Shown: positions 9,237 to 19,918, counted from the stretch's first letter. The stretch is 64,000 nucleotides of DNA from Acidimicrobiales bacterium (GCA_965216685.1 OZ244195.1:3977423-4041422), one strand, 5' to 3'. Numbers and translations are program-made. Notes: a model not told the origin generated them from the sequence alone.

Positions 9237-10225
9237 GCCGCCACCTGATGATGGGTCCGGCCGCCGCGCTGGTGGCTGCGACCTTTGTGGTGGCCGGCTG
9301 CGGTTGGGAGCAGGAACTCGGGCCCCGATCCGACACCTACGGCGGTGATTCGACTGACGACGGTGATCGGGCTGATGGCGGTGATCCGGCCGATGATGGA
9401 GCCGATGACGACCCGGCGCCGGCAGAGCCGACCACCGTTTCCGGGCAGGCGGCGACGGTGGAACGGGTGGTCGACGGCGACTCGATCGAGGTCACCGTCG
9501 ATGGCGATTCGATCGAGCTGCGACTGGAGGGTTACAACGCCCCCGAGCTCTACACCGACAATCCTGACGGCACCGACAGCCAGACCTGCAACGGACTGGC
9601 CGCCCGCAGCGCCATCGAAGACCTGGTCGCCCGGGCCGACCAGGTCGAGCTGGTGGACGGCGAAACCGACCGCTTCGGCCGCACCCTGGGCGACCTGCTC
9701 GTCGACGGGGAATCGTTGGTCGATCAGCTGGTGGCCGACGGTCACGGCCTGGCCACCGGTGATCGGGCCGACCGGCGCTCACTCATGATTGAGGCCGCAT
9801 CCGATCAGCGCGGAGTGTGGGGCACGGGCTGCGGCGAGCCGTTGACCGCTCAGCTCACCATCGGCGACATCCAGGTCGACCCCCCGGGCAACGACCGGAA
9901 CAATCTGGCCGAGGAGTTCGTACAGCTCGTGAACGTCAGCTCCCGATCGCTCGATCTCAGCGGATGGATTCTGCGGGACGACACCACCGGGCACCACTTT
10001 CCCCTATCCGGACAGCTGGAGGCCGACGCCGACCTGACGGTGATCACCGGCGGACAGCCGTCTGACTCCAACGTTTCCGGGGCCGGCGTCCTGTACCTCG
10101 GGGAGTCGTTCCCGGTGTGGTCCAACCGGTGGGAGACCGTCATCCTCGTCGACCCCGGCGGCCTGTTCGCCGACTGGCGTTTCGTGGCCGACGGCTCGGT
10201 CCTCGACTCGAAGCCGGCATCATGA
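9233..10225 (+). CDS. Lipoprotein with thermonuclease (SNase) and lamin-tail domains
   Basis: Lipobox VAGC; RVVDGDSI, RLEGYNAPE, DRFGRTLG; LTD motif EEFVQLVN...DLSGWIL.D; GTGA overlap with upstream stop. Confidence 0.8.
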   Translation: MSRHLMMGPAAALVAATFVVAGCGWEQELGPRSDTYGGDSTDDGDRADGGDPADDGADDDPAPAEPTTVSGQAATVERVVDGDSIEVTVDGDSIELRLEGYNAPELYTDNPDGTDSQTCNGLAARSAIEDLVARADQVELVDGETDRFGRTLGDLLVDGESLVDQLVADGHGLATGDRADRRSLMIEAASDQRGVWGTGCGEPLTAQLTIGDIQVDPPGNDRNNLAEEFVQLVNVSSRSLDLSGWILRDDTTGHHFPLSGQLEADADLTVITGGQPSDSNVSGAGVLYLGESFPVWSNRWETVILVDPGGLFADWRFVADGSVLDSKPAS

Positions 10226-11028
10226 ACGACCGATCCGACACCTACACCCACGGCCATCACGCCAGCGTGCTGCGATCACACACCTGGCGAACGGTGGAGA
10301 ACTCGGCCGCCTACCTGATTCCCCACTTGCAGCCCGGCTTGTCGCTACTCGACGTGGGTTGTGGCCCGGGAACCATCACCGTCGACCTGGCTCGCCGGCT
10401 CAGTCCCGGCCATGTTGTCGGCATCGACACCGTCCCCGCCATCATCGACCAGGCCCGAGCCCAGGCCACGGGCGCGGCCGACAACATCAGTTACCAGGTC
10501 GATGACTGCTACCGGCTCTCGTTGGCCGACGATCGGTTCGACATCGTGCACGCCCACCAGGTGCTGCAGCACCTGAGCGATCCGGTGGGCGCCCTGATCG
10601 AGATGAGGCGGGTGGCCCGGCCGGGCGGCTTGGTGGCAGCCCGCGACGCCGACTACCACGGCATGTTGTGGTATCCCCAGCTCGGTGGGCTGGATCGCTG
10701 GATGGAGATCTACCAGGCGGTGGCTCGCCGGAACGGGGCCGAGCCCGACGCCGGCCGCCACCTGGTGGCTTGGGCTCGGGCCGCCGGGTTTGACGACATC
10801 ACCCCGTCCGCTTCCACCTGGTGCTTCGCCACCGCGGCCGACCGTCACTGGTGGGGGAGCCTGTGGAGCGAACGGATCCAGGCCTCGGCCCTGGCCACCC
10901 AGGCGCTGTCCTACGACGTGACCGATGAAGCCGAGCTGGCTCGATTGAGCCGGGTCTGGCTCGACTGGTCGGCCCATCCCGACGCCTGGTTCGCCGTCGT
11001 CCATGGCGAAGTGGTTCTCCGGGTGTAG
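10222..11028 (+). CDS. Class I SAM-dependent methyltransferase (UbiE-like)
   Basis: LLDVGCGPG, FDIVHAHQVLQHL, RVARPGG. Confidence 0.9.
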   Translation: MNDRSDTYTHGHHASVLRSHTWRTVENSAAYLIPHLQPGLSLLDVGCGPGTITVDLARRLSPGHVVGIDTVPAIIDQARAQATGAADNISYQVDDCYRLSLADDRFDIVHAHQVLQHLSDPVGALIEMRRVARPGGLVAARDADYHGMLWYPQLGGLDRWMEIYQAVARRNGAEPDAGRHLVAWARAAGFDDITPSASTWCFATAADRHWWGSLWSERIQASALATQALSYDVTDEAELARLSRVWLDWSAHPDAWFAVVHGEVVLRV

Positions 11029-11094
11029 CACGGTGACAACTTTCGTGATTGTCGATGGGCGTCGCTCGGTTGACAATGTTAGGTTGGGTGACCG

Positions 11095-11898
11095 ATGAGA
11101 ATCTGTGTATTCGGTCTGGGCGAAGCCGGCTCGCTGTTTGCTTCTGACCTCGTTGCCGCCGGGGCCGAGGTCGTCGGATTCGATCCGGCCGATATCGCCA
11201 CCCCCGACGGCGTCAACCGGGCTGTGCATCCGGCGTTGGCCGTGCGCAATGCCGAGGTGATTCTCGGCCTGACCAGCGAAGCCGACTCGAAGCTGGCGCT
11301 GTTGCAGGCCATTGAGGCCATCAGCACCGAAGCCCTCTATGCCGATCTGGCCACCAGCTCGCCGACGGTGAAACTCGAGTTGGAGGCGATGGCGAACCGT
11401 AAGGGTTTCGACTTCGCCGACGTGGCCCTGCTGGCCATGGTTCCCGGTCACGGATTGGCCACCCCGAGCCTGGCGTCGGGCCCCGGCGCCCACCGCTACG
11501 CCGATGTCATCAACGGGTTCGGCGGCTACGTTGAACCGCTGGCCGCAGCCACCGGAGTGGCGGCCGGCCGGAAGTTGTTGCGCAGCGTGATGATGAAGGG
11601 TTTCGGTGCCGTCATCCTGGAGGCCATCGAGGCCGGGGTGGCCGCCGATGACCTGAGCTGGCTCTGGCGCAACATGAGTTCGGAGATCGAGAAGGCCGAC
11701 GATGATTGGTTGCGCCGTATGGTGTTGGGCTCGAAGCTCCACGCCCGGCGACGCCATGGTGAGATGCTGAGCGCAGCGGCCATGCTCCGGGGCCTCGGTG
11801 TCGATCCGATCATGACGTCGGCCACCGCCGCCAGCCTGGCTGAGCTGGTCGGCCAGGACGCCGATCTGCCGGAGCTTCCCGACAACCAGCCGACCTGA
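11095..11898 (+). CDS. NAD(P)-dependent oxidoreductase, 6PGD/3-hydroxyisobutyrate dehydrogenase-like with DUF1932
   Basis: GLGEAG Rossmann motif, KLLRSVMMKG, HARRRHGEM. Confidence 0.8.
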   Translation: MRICVFGLGEAGSLFASDLVAAGAEVVGFDPADIATPDGVNRAVHPALAVRNAEVILGLTSEADSKLALLQAIEAISTEALYADLATSSPTVKLELEAMANRKGFDFADVALLAMVPGHGLATPSLASGPGAHRYADVINGFGGYVEPLAAATGVAAGRKLLRSVMMKGFGAVILEAIEAGVAADDLSWLWRNMSSEIEKADDDWLRRMVLGSKLHARRRHGEMLSAAAMLRGLGVDPIMTSATAASLAELVGQDADLPELPDNQPT

Positions 11899-11912
11899 CC
11901 ACCAAGCCATTG

Positions 11913-11952
11913 TGTGCGCTCCAGCGCCCACATATGAACGCTGGGGCGCACA
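11913..11952. repeat. 40-bp REP-like palindrome, same family as 3364-3474
   Basis: TGTGCGCTCCAGCG...CGCTGGGGCGCACA between convergent genes. Confidence 0.8.
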
Positions 11953-11981
11953 GAGGGCGAGTGACAGACGCCGAGTAACTG

Positions 11982-12677
11982 TCAGTCGCCCGGCTGCAGC
12001 GCCCAGCGAATGTGGAGGTCCACCTGTTCGATCAGGCTTCCCCCCTCGATCGGCACCGAGGCCTCGGGTGCCATACGGGCCATGGCCATCGGTCTCGGTG
12101 ACCGGCCACCGCCGTCGCCTTCCCGAATCGAGCGAACCGGCCCCAGGGTTGCTCCGGCCAGCTCGGCCAGCTGCGCCGCCTTGGCTTCGGCGTCGGCGAA
12201 GGCCAGCCCTCGCGCTTCGACCTGGGCGCCGGAGCGGTCGCCGCAGTCGAAGTTGAGCCCGTGCAGTTCCAGGCCTTCGCCGACAACGTCGAACAGTCCG
12301 TCGACCGCCACCTGAGCCTGGGTTATGTCACGACGGAACACGGCGTTCAGGGTGGTGGCGACCACGAACTCAACCGAAGACGGGCCATCGATCGAGGCCG
12401 CCGGGCCCCGGCCGCCCGGCCTCTCGGGCCGGTGCCGGATGGTATGGACCGTCAGCTGTGACGTCTGCAGATCAGCCGGGGCCACGCCTGAGGCCAGCAG
12501 ATGGTCCCGGGCCGCCGTGGCCTTGTCGGCCACGGTCCGGCGGGCCGCCTCCAGGGTGTCGTCCTGCCAGCGAACCGCCACCGACAGCGATGCAATGTCG
12601 GGCTCCACGATTACCGATCCTGATCCGGTCACGGCGATGCCGCCGCCCCGTCTTGGTCTGTCAGGTTGAGTGTCCAT
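11982..12677 (-). CDS. SIMPL (DUF541) domain protein
   Basis: IAVTGSGSV.VEPDIA, DLQTS, EAR..AFADA..KA..LA.LAG.TLG.V.SI.E. Confidence 0.85.
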   Translation of the reverse strand: MDTQPDRPRRGGGIAVTGSGSVIVEPDIASLSVAVRWQDDTLEAARRTVADKATAARDHLLASGVAPADLQTSQLTVHTIRHRPERPGGRGPAASIDGPSSVEFVVATTLNAVFRRDITQAQVAVDGLFDVVGEGLELHGLNFDCGDRSGAQVEARGLAFADAEAKAAQLAELAGATLGPVRSIREGDGGGRSPRPMAMARMAPEASVPIEGGSLIEQVDLHIRWALQPGD

Positions 12678-12743
12678 GCTCCTCTTTACCACACTGCCGC
12701 TCGGCCTCGGAGGCAACACCGCGGGCTTCGCTACCCTGAAGCG

Positions 12744-14252
12744 GTGTCATCCCTAATCGCCCGGGCGCTGGTGTTCGTATCGTCGGCCGCCGTGTTGATG
12801 CTCGAGATTCTGGCCGGGCGACTGATGGCCCCCTACGTCGGGGTCAGTCTGGAGACCTTCACCGGCATCATCGGCACCATGCTGGCCGCCATCGCCCTGG
12901 GGGCCTGGGTTGGCGGTTTGCTGGCCGACCGTCGGGACCCGGCCATGATGCTGGGACCGACCTTCATGTTCGGTGGGGTCTTGGCCCTGCTGGCGCCCAC
13001 CCTGACCGAGGCCTTCGGCTCCGCTCTGCGAGGACAGGGAGCGGTGGCCGTCGTCATCCTCACGTTGTTCGGCTTCTTCGCTCCGGCCGCGGTACTGTCG
13101 GCTGTCACCCCCCTGGTGGTCAAGATGCGCCTGCAGTCGTTGGAGCAAACGGGAGAGGTGGTGGGCTCGTTCTCCGCGGTGGGAACGGTCGGCGCCCTGT
13201 TCGGTACGTTCGTCACCGGCTTCGTGCTGCTGGCCACCCTCCCCACCCGGCCGATCGTCCTGGTGGTCGGAGTGCTTCTCGTCGGCCTCGGTATCGGTCT
13301 GACCCTGTGGGCTCGCCGGAACGGCGGATCCGGAGACGACAGCGTCGGCGACGCCGGCCGCGACATCGGTCCGGCGGCGGCCGGGGCCGGGCTGGCCGCC
13401 CTCCTTCTGGTGGTGGCCACCGGACCGTGTCGATGGGAGACGACCTACTCCTGCGCCAACGTGGTGACCGATGCCGACAATCCAACCGGTCGAACGCTGC
13501 GGCTCGATCTGTTGTCCCACAGTTACGTCGACCTCGACGATCCTCTCAACCTCCGTTTCCGCTACATCCGCGACTTCGTGTCGGCCATCGACGCCACCGT
13601 GGCCCCCGGCCCCGTCCACGCTCTGGGCATCGGTGGTGGCGGCTTCACCATGCCCCGCTACCTGGCGGCATCCCGGCCCGGTTCCAGCAATGTGGTGTTC
13701 GAGATCGACGATGCCCTGGTCGACATCGGCCGGAGCGAACTGGGGCTCGATCCGGAGGCCGCCAACCTGACGGTCGTGGCCGACGACGCCCGGGTCGCTT
13801 TGCCTCGCTACCTCGAAACCGACCCACCGAAGTTCAACGTCGTCGTCGGCGACGCCTTCGGTGGCATGTCAGTCCCGTGGCATCTGACCACCGAGGAGTT
13901 CCTGACGTTGTTGAAGTCGTCGATGACGGCCGACGGCGTCTACGTGATGAATGTCATCGATTTCGGGCCGCATGACTTCGCCCGAGCCGAGATCAAGACC
14001 CTGCAGCGGGTCTTCGACCAGGTCGTTGTGGTCACCCCCGAGCCCTACGTGACCGGTCCGGCCGGCGGCAACTACGTGATTGTGGCCACCGACACATTGA
14101 TCGACGTGTCGGCCATTGAGGCCAACCTGGCCGACTGGGAATCGGAATCGGAGGTTCACGCCGGTGATGATCTCGAACGTTTTGTCGGCGACGCCGTGGT
14201 GTTGACCGATGATTTCGCCCCGGTCGACGTGTTGATCACACAGCGTCGCTGA
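12744..14252 (+). CDS. Fused membrane (MFS-like) / spermidine synthase-like protein
   Basis: LEILAGRLMAPYVGVS TM domain; GIGGGGFTMPRY, FEID, DAR, GDAFGG..VPWHLTT.EF, LTDDFAPVD. Confidence 0.85.
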   Translation: MSSLIARALVFVSSAAVLMLEILAGRLMAPYVGVSLETFTGIIGTMLAAIALGAWVGGLLADRRDPAMMLGPTFMFGGVLALLAPTLTEAFGSALRGQGAVAVVILTLFGFFAPAAVLSAVTPLVVKMRLQSLEQTGEVVGSFSAVGTVGALFGTFVTGFVLLATLPTRPIVLVVGVLLVGLGIGLTLWARRNGGSGDDSVGDAGRDIGPAAAGAGLAALLLVVATGPCRWETTYSCANVVTDADNPTGRTLRLDLLSHSYVDLDDPLNLRFRYIRDFVSAIDATVAPGPVHALGIGGGGFTMPRYLAASRPGSSNVVFEIDDALVDIGRSELGLDPEAANLTVVADDARVALPRYLETDPPKFNVVVGDAFGGMSVPWHLTTEEFLTLLKSSMTADGVYVMNVIDFGPHDFARAEIKTLQRVFDQVVVVTPEPYVTGPAGGNYVIVATDTLIDVSAIEANLADWESESEVHAGDDLERFVGDAVVLTDDFAPVDVLITQRR

Positions 14253-14303
14253 TCGGCCGGCCGAGACGGGCAGCCCGTCGGTACCCGAGGCTAAGGTTCC
14301 GGC

Positions 14304-15155
14304 ATGGGACGACACGCCATCAAGACCCCACCCCACCACGCCACCTGGCCCGAGTTCCTTGATCTGTGGCGGGCGGCCGACGACATCGAGATCTACGAAT
14401 CGGCCTGGAACTGGGACCACTTCTACCCGCTGGCCCCGCCCTATGACGGACCGAATCTGGAGGGATGGACCATGCTGGCCGCTCTGGCTCAGGCCACTCG
14501 CCGGATCCGTATCGGCACCATGGTCAACGGCATGCATCACCGTCACCCGGCGGTGACGGCAAATATGATCGCCACCCTCGATCACATCTCCGAAGGCCGA
14601 TTCGAGTTCGGTATCGGGGCCGGTTGGAACGAAATGGAAAGCGGGGCCTACGGACTCGAACTGGGATCGCCGGGTCAGCGATCGGATCGTCTTGAAGAGG
14701 GGCTGGAGGTGATCGTCTCGTTGCTGGTCAACGACGTGACGAACCATTCAGGCCGCTACTTCCAGCTGACCGAGGCCTACTGCGAACCCAAATGCCTGCA
14801 GCAACCCCGTCCTCCCATCGTGGTCGGTGGCAAAGGTCGGAAGCGAACGTTGCGGACGGCGGCCCGGTTGGCCGACCAGTGGGACATGACGTTCCCCGAA
14901 TCTCCGGCCGCATGGTCGGAGCTCAACGACGTACTGCTCGCTCATTGCTCTGATGTCGGTCGTGATCCCGGTGAGGTCACCCGCAGCATCCACCTGTTCC
15001 TCGACCCCGACAGCGATCCGCTCCAGTTGGCCGACCGAGCCCGGGACTTCTTCGCCGTCGGTGTTGATCTCGTGGTGTGGTCGATGAGGGGGCCGATCGA
15101 GGCCGGCCGGATCGAACTGTTGGCCGACGCCCTCAGCCGGTCCGAGTCGGCCTGA
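14304..15155 (+). CDS. LLM class (probably F420-dependent) oxidoreductase
   Basis: WNWDHF, LEGWTMLAALA, LDHISEGRFEFGIGAGW, PPIVVGG. Confidence 0.88.
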   Translation: MGRHAIKTPPHHATWPEFLDLWRAADDIEIYESAWNWDHFYPLAPPYDGPNLEGWTMLAALAQATRRIRIGTMVNGMHHRHPAVTANMIATLDHISEGRFEFGIGAGWNEMESGAYGLELGSPGQRSDRLEEGLEVIVSLLVNDVTNHSGRYFQLTEAYCEPKCLQQPRPPIVVGGKGRKRTLRTAARLADQWDMTFPESPAAWSELNDVLLAHCSDVGRDPGEVTRSIHLFLDPDSDPLQLADRARDFFAVGVDLVVWSMRGPIEAGRIELLADALSRSESA

Positions 15156-15579
15156 CGAAGAAGCGGACCCGCCAGTCGGGCCGGGTTTCGTCGTTGATGT
15201 TGAGCGAGAAGGCGTAACTCCGACCGCCGACCATGGGAAACGGCGACAGGTTGATGGCCAGCGACACTCCGAGAGGCGAGCCCGGTTGAAGTCCGGCCGG
15301 ACGGCCGGCCTCGAACCGCCCTCGCATCACCACCGGCTTCTCATTGACCACGACCGCTTGACCGTCCTCGTCGACCAGCTCGATCTGCCACTGGTGGGCG
15401 ACGTTGGCCCGGTCCCAGGGCACGGTGATCTGCAGGGCTATGGCCAGAGGCTGGGGTTTCGGCCCGATGGAGGCCAGCCCACCGCCGAGCACGAAGAGCT
15501 TGCCTCCGGCGACCTGAGCGGCGTCGCACAGCAGCATGTCGACCGTCAGTCCACCCGGTGACAGGAATTCGTTGTCCAT
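15133..15579 (-). CDS. Conserved hypothetical protein (DUF6941-like)
   Basis: MLLCDAAQV.GGKLFVLGGG, VPWDRAN..H...ELVDEDG pattern. Confidence 0.6.
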   Translation of the reverse strand: MDNEFLSPGGLTVDMLLCDAAQVAGGKLFVLGGGLASIGPKPQPLAIALQITVPWDRANVAHQWQIELVDEDGQAVVVNEKPVVMRGRFEAGRPAGLQPGSPLGVSLAINLSPFPMVGGRSYAFSLNINDETRPDWRVRFFVRPTRTG

Positions 15580-15699
15580 GACCCTCCCGTCTTCGATGGT
15601 GTCCGGTTGCCAACGTAGCGCCATCTTCGCCCGGCCCAATCATCGCCTGACTGATGGTGACACTCCGGATGGGTTGCCGGCCGCTAGGGTCCGACGTGC

Positions 15700-18360
15700 A
15701 TGCTTCGTCGACTGGTCGCCTTCTTCGCCTCGGTCACTCCACTGACCGCCATACTGTGGCTGGCCTTTGTCGGGTTCGGTTCACTGGCCTTCGTCTCGCT
15801 GTTACCCCGCGAGGGTTTCCCGGCGGTGTCGGTTCCCATCACGGTGGCTCGGGGAACCTATTTCGTCGACGACGCCGAGCGAGTCGACCGGGAAGTGGCC
15901 CAACCGCTCATCGCCGCCCTGATCGACCGGCCCGAGATCGAGAGCGTCGACAGCACGGCGGGAGCGAATTTCGTCTCCATCTTCGCCACCCTGGACGAGG
16001 ACCAGACCTCCGAGCAGGGGGCGTCCATCATTGATGCCGAGATCGCAGCCCTTGAACTGCCGGCCGGAACCGAGGTGTCGGCCCAGGCACTGGATGTGGC
16101 CAAGTTCTTTGATCGGTTCGATCTCCTGGTCGGGGTCCACGGTCCGGCCGGCGCCGATGCCGCTGCGCTGGAGGAGGCGGCGGCTTCGTTGTTGGACCCG
16201 CTCGAGGGGCAACCGGAGGTGGCCGAGGCCGAGGTGCTGGATCTCCTCCAGTCGGGTGTCAATCCGGTCACCGGGCAGGAGGTGACCAACCAGACCCGAT
16301 TCAACCAGATAACCATCGGCGACCGGATCAACGGTCGAACCGAAGCCCCCACCGAGTTCCGTTCGTCAATCGCCGTCGGTGTGGTTTCGGCCGAGGGCAC
16401 CGACGCTCTGGCCATCCGCGACGGCGTCGACAACGCCCTGGCTGAGGTCGTCGACCAGGAGATACTTCCCCCCGGTTACACCGCCGTGGTGGCCATTGAC
16501 TTCGCCACCGCCATCCGCCAGCAGATCAGTTCGCTACAAGGCAATGTGCTTACCGGGCTGATCGCCGTGACCATCATCGCCCTGCTCATGATCTCGTGGC
16601 GTTCCTCCATCATCACCGCCGTCTTCATCGGAACGGTCCTGGCCACGGCGTTCGGCGTGCTCCACCTGTTCGGCGTGTCGCTGAACACCATCTCGCTGTT
16701 CGGACTGATCCTGGCCCTCGGCCTGTTCGTCGACGACGCCATCGTCATCACCGAGGCCATCGAGTCGTTCCGGGAGGATCGCAGCGATGCCATCGATGTG
16801 ATCCGCCATGCCATCGCCCGGGTCGGCGCGGCCAGCATTTCCGGGACTGCGACCACAGTGCTGGTCTTCGCCCCCATGCTCGCCATCTCCGGCATTCTCG
16901 GTGAGTTCATCCGGATCCTACCCATCTCGGTCATCATCGCTCTCGTCACCTCATTGACGCTGTCGCTGCTCTTCATCCCCATCGCCTCCCGGTTCCTGGT
17001 GCTGTCGGCCCCGCCCGCCTCGGCCGTGCTCGGTCCGGTCGGGGAGTGGCTGGCCGACAGGATCGCCTCGCTGGCCAAGGTGCGGGGCCGGTCGGGAGTG
17101 GCCATCGGTGCGGTGGCGGTGGGACTGAGTGTGGCGGCCGTGGCCATCGCCGTTTTCGGATTCCGGCCCCGGGTCGGATTCGACATCTTTCCCGCGGTCG
17201 AAGACTCGATCGAGATTTCCGCCGAGTACAGGTTCCCATCGGGTACCACCATCGACGAGGCGCAGTCGATCACCTCCGCGGTCAACTCCGAGGTGCTCAA
17301 CGCGTTGGACGACAGCCTGGTCTCGGGCAACACCTACATCGGTACCACCGGCCGGGCTCGATCGCAGTTCAACCTGACCGAGATCGGCTCTCGACCAACG
17401 GCTCCGCAGCTGATACTTGATCGGCTCGAACCGCTTGCTGCCGATTTCGCCCCGGTTCGAGTGGTGTTCAACCAGGTGTCGGCCGGTCCACCCAAGGCGC
17501 TGTTTCCCTTTCGGGTCCAGCTGAACGGTGAGGATGCCGAGGCGTTGAACACGGCGGCCCGGTCGATCGCCCGGGATCTCGACGGTTCGATCATCGAACG
17601 CGATACCGGTACCTCCTTCACCGTGCTGGAGACCAACGTGGTCCTGACCGACGTGGTGGCTCGCCGGGACGGCCGGCGATACGTTGAAGTGCAGGCTCGT
17701 TTCGACGGTGACGACATCACCACCACCACGGCCGAGACCCGCAGCCTGCTCGAAGACCGCTACGGTCCCGAGGAGTTGACGGCCCTGGGGTTGGGCCCGG
17801 ACGCCCTCCAGTTCGACTTTGGGGTGGAGACCCAGAACCAGGAATCGTTCGCTTCCATGGTCCCGGCGTTCGTCATCGCCCTGGTGGCCATGATGATTCT
17901 GCTGATCGTCCAGTTCCGATCGTCGGTCCAGTGGCTCCTGGTCTTCCTGGCCATCCCCTTCAGCTTGTTCGGCGTGTTCGGCGGTCTTCTATTGACCGAC
18001 AACGATCTCAGCTTCTTCGTGATGCTCGGCCTGCTGGGATTGATCGGCATCGCCGTCAACAACACGATCCTGCTCACCGATTTCGCCAACCAGGAGCGAC
18101 GGGCCGGTGCCGACCGGCGCACCGCCATCTCCACCGCCATCCGGCGGCGGTTCCGGCCCCTGGTGGCCACGACCCTGACCACGGTGGCCGGAGTGTTACC
18201 GCTAACGCTGTCCGATCCGTTCTGGGAACCGTTGGGCTCCACCATCATTTTCGGCCTGGTGTCGAGCACCGTGTTGGTGTTGGTGGCCTTTCCCTACTTC
18301 TACCTGGCCCTGGAGTGGCTGCGGGATCGGTTCGTCACCCCGTGGCGACGAACGGCCTAG
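15700..18360 (+). CDS. RND efflux transporter permease (AcrB/AcrD/AcrF family)
   Basis: LPREGFP, GLFVDDAIV, GIAVNNTILL, RFRPLVATT; duplicated TM architecture. Confidence 0.88.
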   Translation: MLRRLVAFFASVTPLTAILWLAFVGFGSLAFVSLLPREGFPAVSVPITVARGTYFVDDAERVDREVAQPLIAALIDRPEIESVDSTAGANFVSIFATLDEDQTSEQGASIIDAEIAALELPAGTEVSAQALDVAKFFDRFDLLVGVHGPAGADAAALEEAAASLLDPLEGQPEVAEAEVLDLLQSGVNPVTGQEVTNQTRFNQITIGDRINGRTEAPTEFRSSIAVGVVSAEGTDALAIRDGVDNALAEVVDQEILPPGYTAVVAIDFATAIRQQISSLQGNVLTGLIAVTIIALLMISWRSSIITAVFIGTVLATAFGVLHLFGVSLNTISLFGLILALGLFVDDAIVITEAIESFREDRSDAIDVIRHAIARVGAASISGTATTVLVFAPMLAISGILGEFIRILPISVIIALVTSLTLSLLFIPIASRFLVLSAPPASAVLGPVGEWLADRIASLAKVRGRSGVAIGAVAVGLSVAAVAIAVFGFRPRVGFDIFPAVEDSIEISAEYRFPSGTTIDEAQSITSAVNSEVLNALDDSLVSGNTYIGTTGRARSQFNLTEIGSRPTAPQLILDRLEPLAADFAPVRVVFNQVSAGPPKALFPFRVQLNGEDAEALNTAARSIARDLDGSIIERDTGTSFTVLETNVVLTDVVARRDGRRYVEVQARFDGDDITTTTAETRSLLEDRYGPEELTALGLGPDALQFDFGVETQNQESFASMVPAFVIALVAMMILLIVQFRSSVQWLLVFLAIPFSLFGVFGGLLLTDNDLSFFVMLGLLGLIGIAVNNTILLTDFANQERRAGADRRTAISTAIRRRFRPLVATTLTTVAGVLPLTLSDPFWEPLGSTIIFGLVSSTVLVLVAFPYFYLALEWLRDRFVTPWRRTA

Positions 18361-18389
18361 CGGGTGATTCCAGGCGCGAGGATCTACAG

Positions 18390-18668
18390 CTAGCGGCCGA
18401 TGAGGGCACCCAGGTTCAGCAGGATGGTGAGCGCGATGGAGCCGATCAGCATGGCCTTCCACGGAAAGTAGACCTGAACCCGGGGGCGATCGCCGGTGGC
18501 GGCATCGGGTGGCGGTTCAAAGGGTGAGGACTCCGGGAACGGCGACGGTGCCGACGCGCCATCGACGTCCGACCTCGAAGCTTGGCGGCTCCGCCAGGCC
18601 AGAAAGAGGTTGAGGGCCACGGTCAGAACCACCGACAAGATCAGCGAGCGGATCAGGAAGTCGGACAT
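18390..18668 (-). CDS. Small two-TM hypothetical protein
   Basis: Two hydrophobic segments (SVVLTVALN, SIALTILLN), FPWK motif. Confidence 0.65.
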   Translation of the reverse strand: MSDFLIRSLILSVVLTVALNLFLAWRSRQASRSDVDGASAPSPFPESSPFEPPPDAATGDRPRVQVYFPWKAMLIGSIALTILLNLGALIGR

Positions 18669-18772
18669 GACGTCATCCTAGGGCGAACGTCGTAAGCGGG
18701 CATGGCGGACAATGAGACGGATTTGTAATGATATTTTGTGAACGAAAATCGGAACTCGGTCGTCTATCCAGT

Positions 18773-19057
18773 ATGAGACCAACGGCCCCCGATGAGCGTC
18801 GCCGGGTTCGGGTGCAATACGTTCCCCGAGGTTTCGGACTGGCGCTGACCATCAAAGAAGACACCACTGCTCCCGACACCGATGTCGATGCCGGCAGCAA
18901 CGAGTTCGACGGTGACGGGTTCGACAGCGACGACGGCTACCTGACCGTCGTCGCCTCCGGCGTGACCACCCTGGAACTACGCCGCCCTGACGGCGAATCG
19001 TCCATGCTCATCTGGGACGAGACTGAAGTGGCCTGGGATTCCCTCCTGGCCAGCTGA
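18773..19057 (+). CDS. Small acidic hypothetical protein
   Basis: GC3-biased ORF after an AT-rich promoter patch; no motif recognised. Confidence 0.5.
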   Translation: MRPTAPDERRRVRVQYVPRGFGLALTIKEDTTAPDTDVDAGSNEFDGDGFDSDDGYLTVVASGVTTLELRRPDGESSMLIWDETEVAWDSLLAS

Positions 19058-19089
19058 TCGAACGACGGGATCGCCGCTTGCCGTAGTCT

Positions 19090-19911
19090 GTGGCCATGAC
19101 AACCGATCCGCTGCGTTTGGGCGGTGTGCCCGAACACTTCAATCTGCCCTGGCATCTGGCCATCGAGTCCGGGGCACTCGATGACGTCGAGGTCATCTGG
19201 ACCGACCAGCCGGGAGGAACCGGCCAGATGTTGACCCGGCTGGCGGCGGCCGAACTCGACATGGTCAGCATCCTCACCGAGGGAACGGTGCGGGAGGTGG
19301 CCAAAGGTCTCCCGGTCACCATCATTCAGGTCTACGTAGAGTCGCCGTTGCAGTGGGGGGTGTTCGTGCCCGGTCCATCCGGCTTCACCGACGAGTCGGA
19401 GCTGGCCGGGGCCCGGATCGCCATCTCCCGCTACGGTTCCGGATCCCATCTCATGGCCTACATTCACGCCGAGGCCATGGGCTGGTCGATCACCGAAGAG
19501 CAGTTCGTCGTCGTCAAGGACCTCGACGGCGCCATCGCCGCCTTCGCCAGGGGCGAGGCCGACCTGTTCCTCTGGGATCGCTACATGACCAGCCCACTGG
19601 TGGCCGACGGCCGGTTCCGGCAACTGGCCATCCGGGAGACGCCCTGGCCGTCGTTCGTCATCGCCGCCCGGACCGAGATTCTCACCGGGCGAACGACCGA
19701 GGTCGGGCGGATCGTGGATGAGGTGGTGGCTCACGCCCAGGGTCTGATGGCTCGGGACGACGGGGCCGATCTGGTGGCCCGCCGCTACGGCATCGCAGTG
19801 GATCAGGCCAAGGGCTGGTTCGCCACCACTCGATTTGGTGCCCGACGGCCCATGGAGGCCGCCATCGCCCACCATGTGCTGACTACCCTGGAACGGGCCG
19901 GTCTCAGCTGA
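19090..19911 (+). CDS. PBP2-fold substrate-binding protein (NMT1/Ca3427-like), no signal peptide seen
   Basis: GGVPEHFNLPW, GGTGQM, SPLQWG, ISRYGSGSHLM, TPWPSFVIA. Confidence 0.75.
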   Translation: MAMTTDPLRLGGVPEHFNLPWHLAIESGALDDVEVIWTDQPGGTGQMLTRLAAAELDMVSILTEGTVREVAKGLPVTIIQVYVESPLQWGVFVPGPSGFTDESELAGARIAISRYGSGSHLMAYIHAEAMGWSITEEQFVVVKDLDGAIAAFARGEADLFLWDRYMTSPLVADGRFRQLAIRETPWPSFVIAARTEILTGRTTEVGRIVDEVVAHAQGLMARDDGADLVARRYGIAVDQAKGWFATTRFGARRPMEAAIAHHVLTTLERAGLS

Positions 19912-19918
19912 CCGGGCT

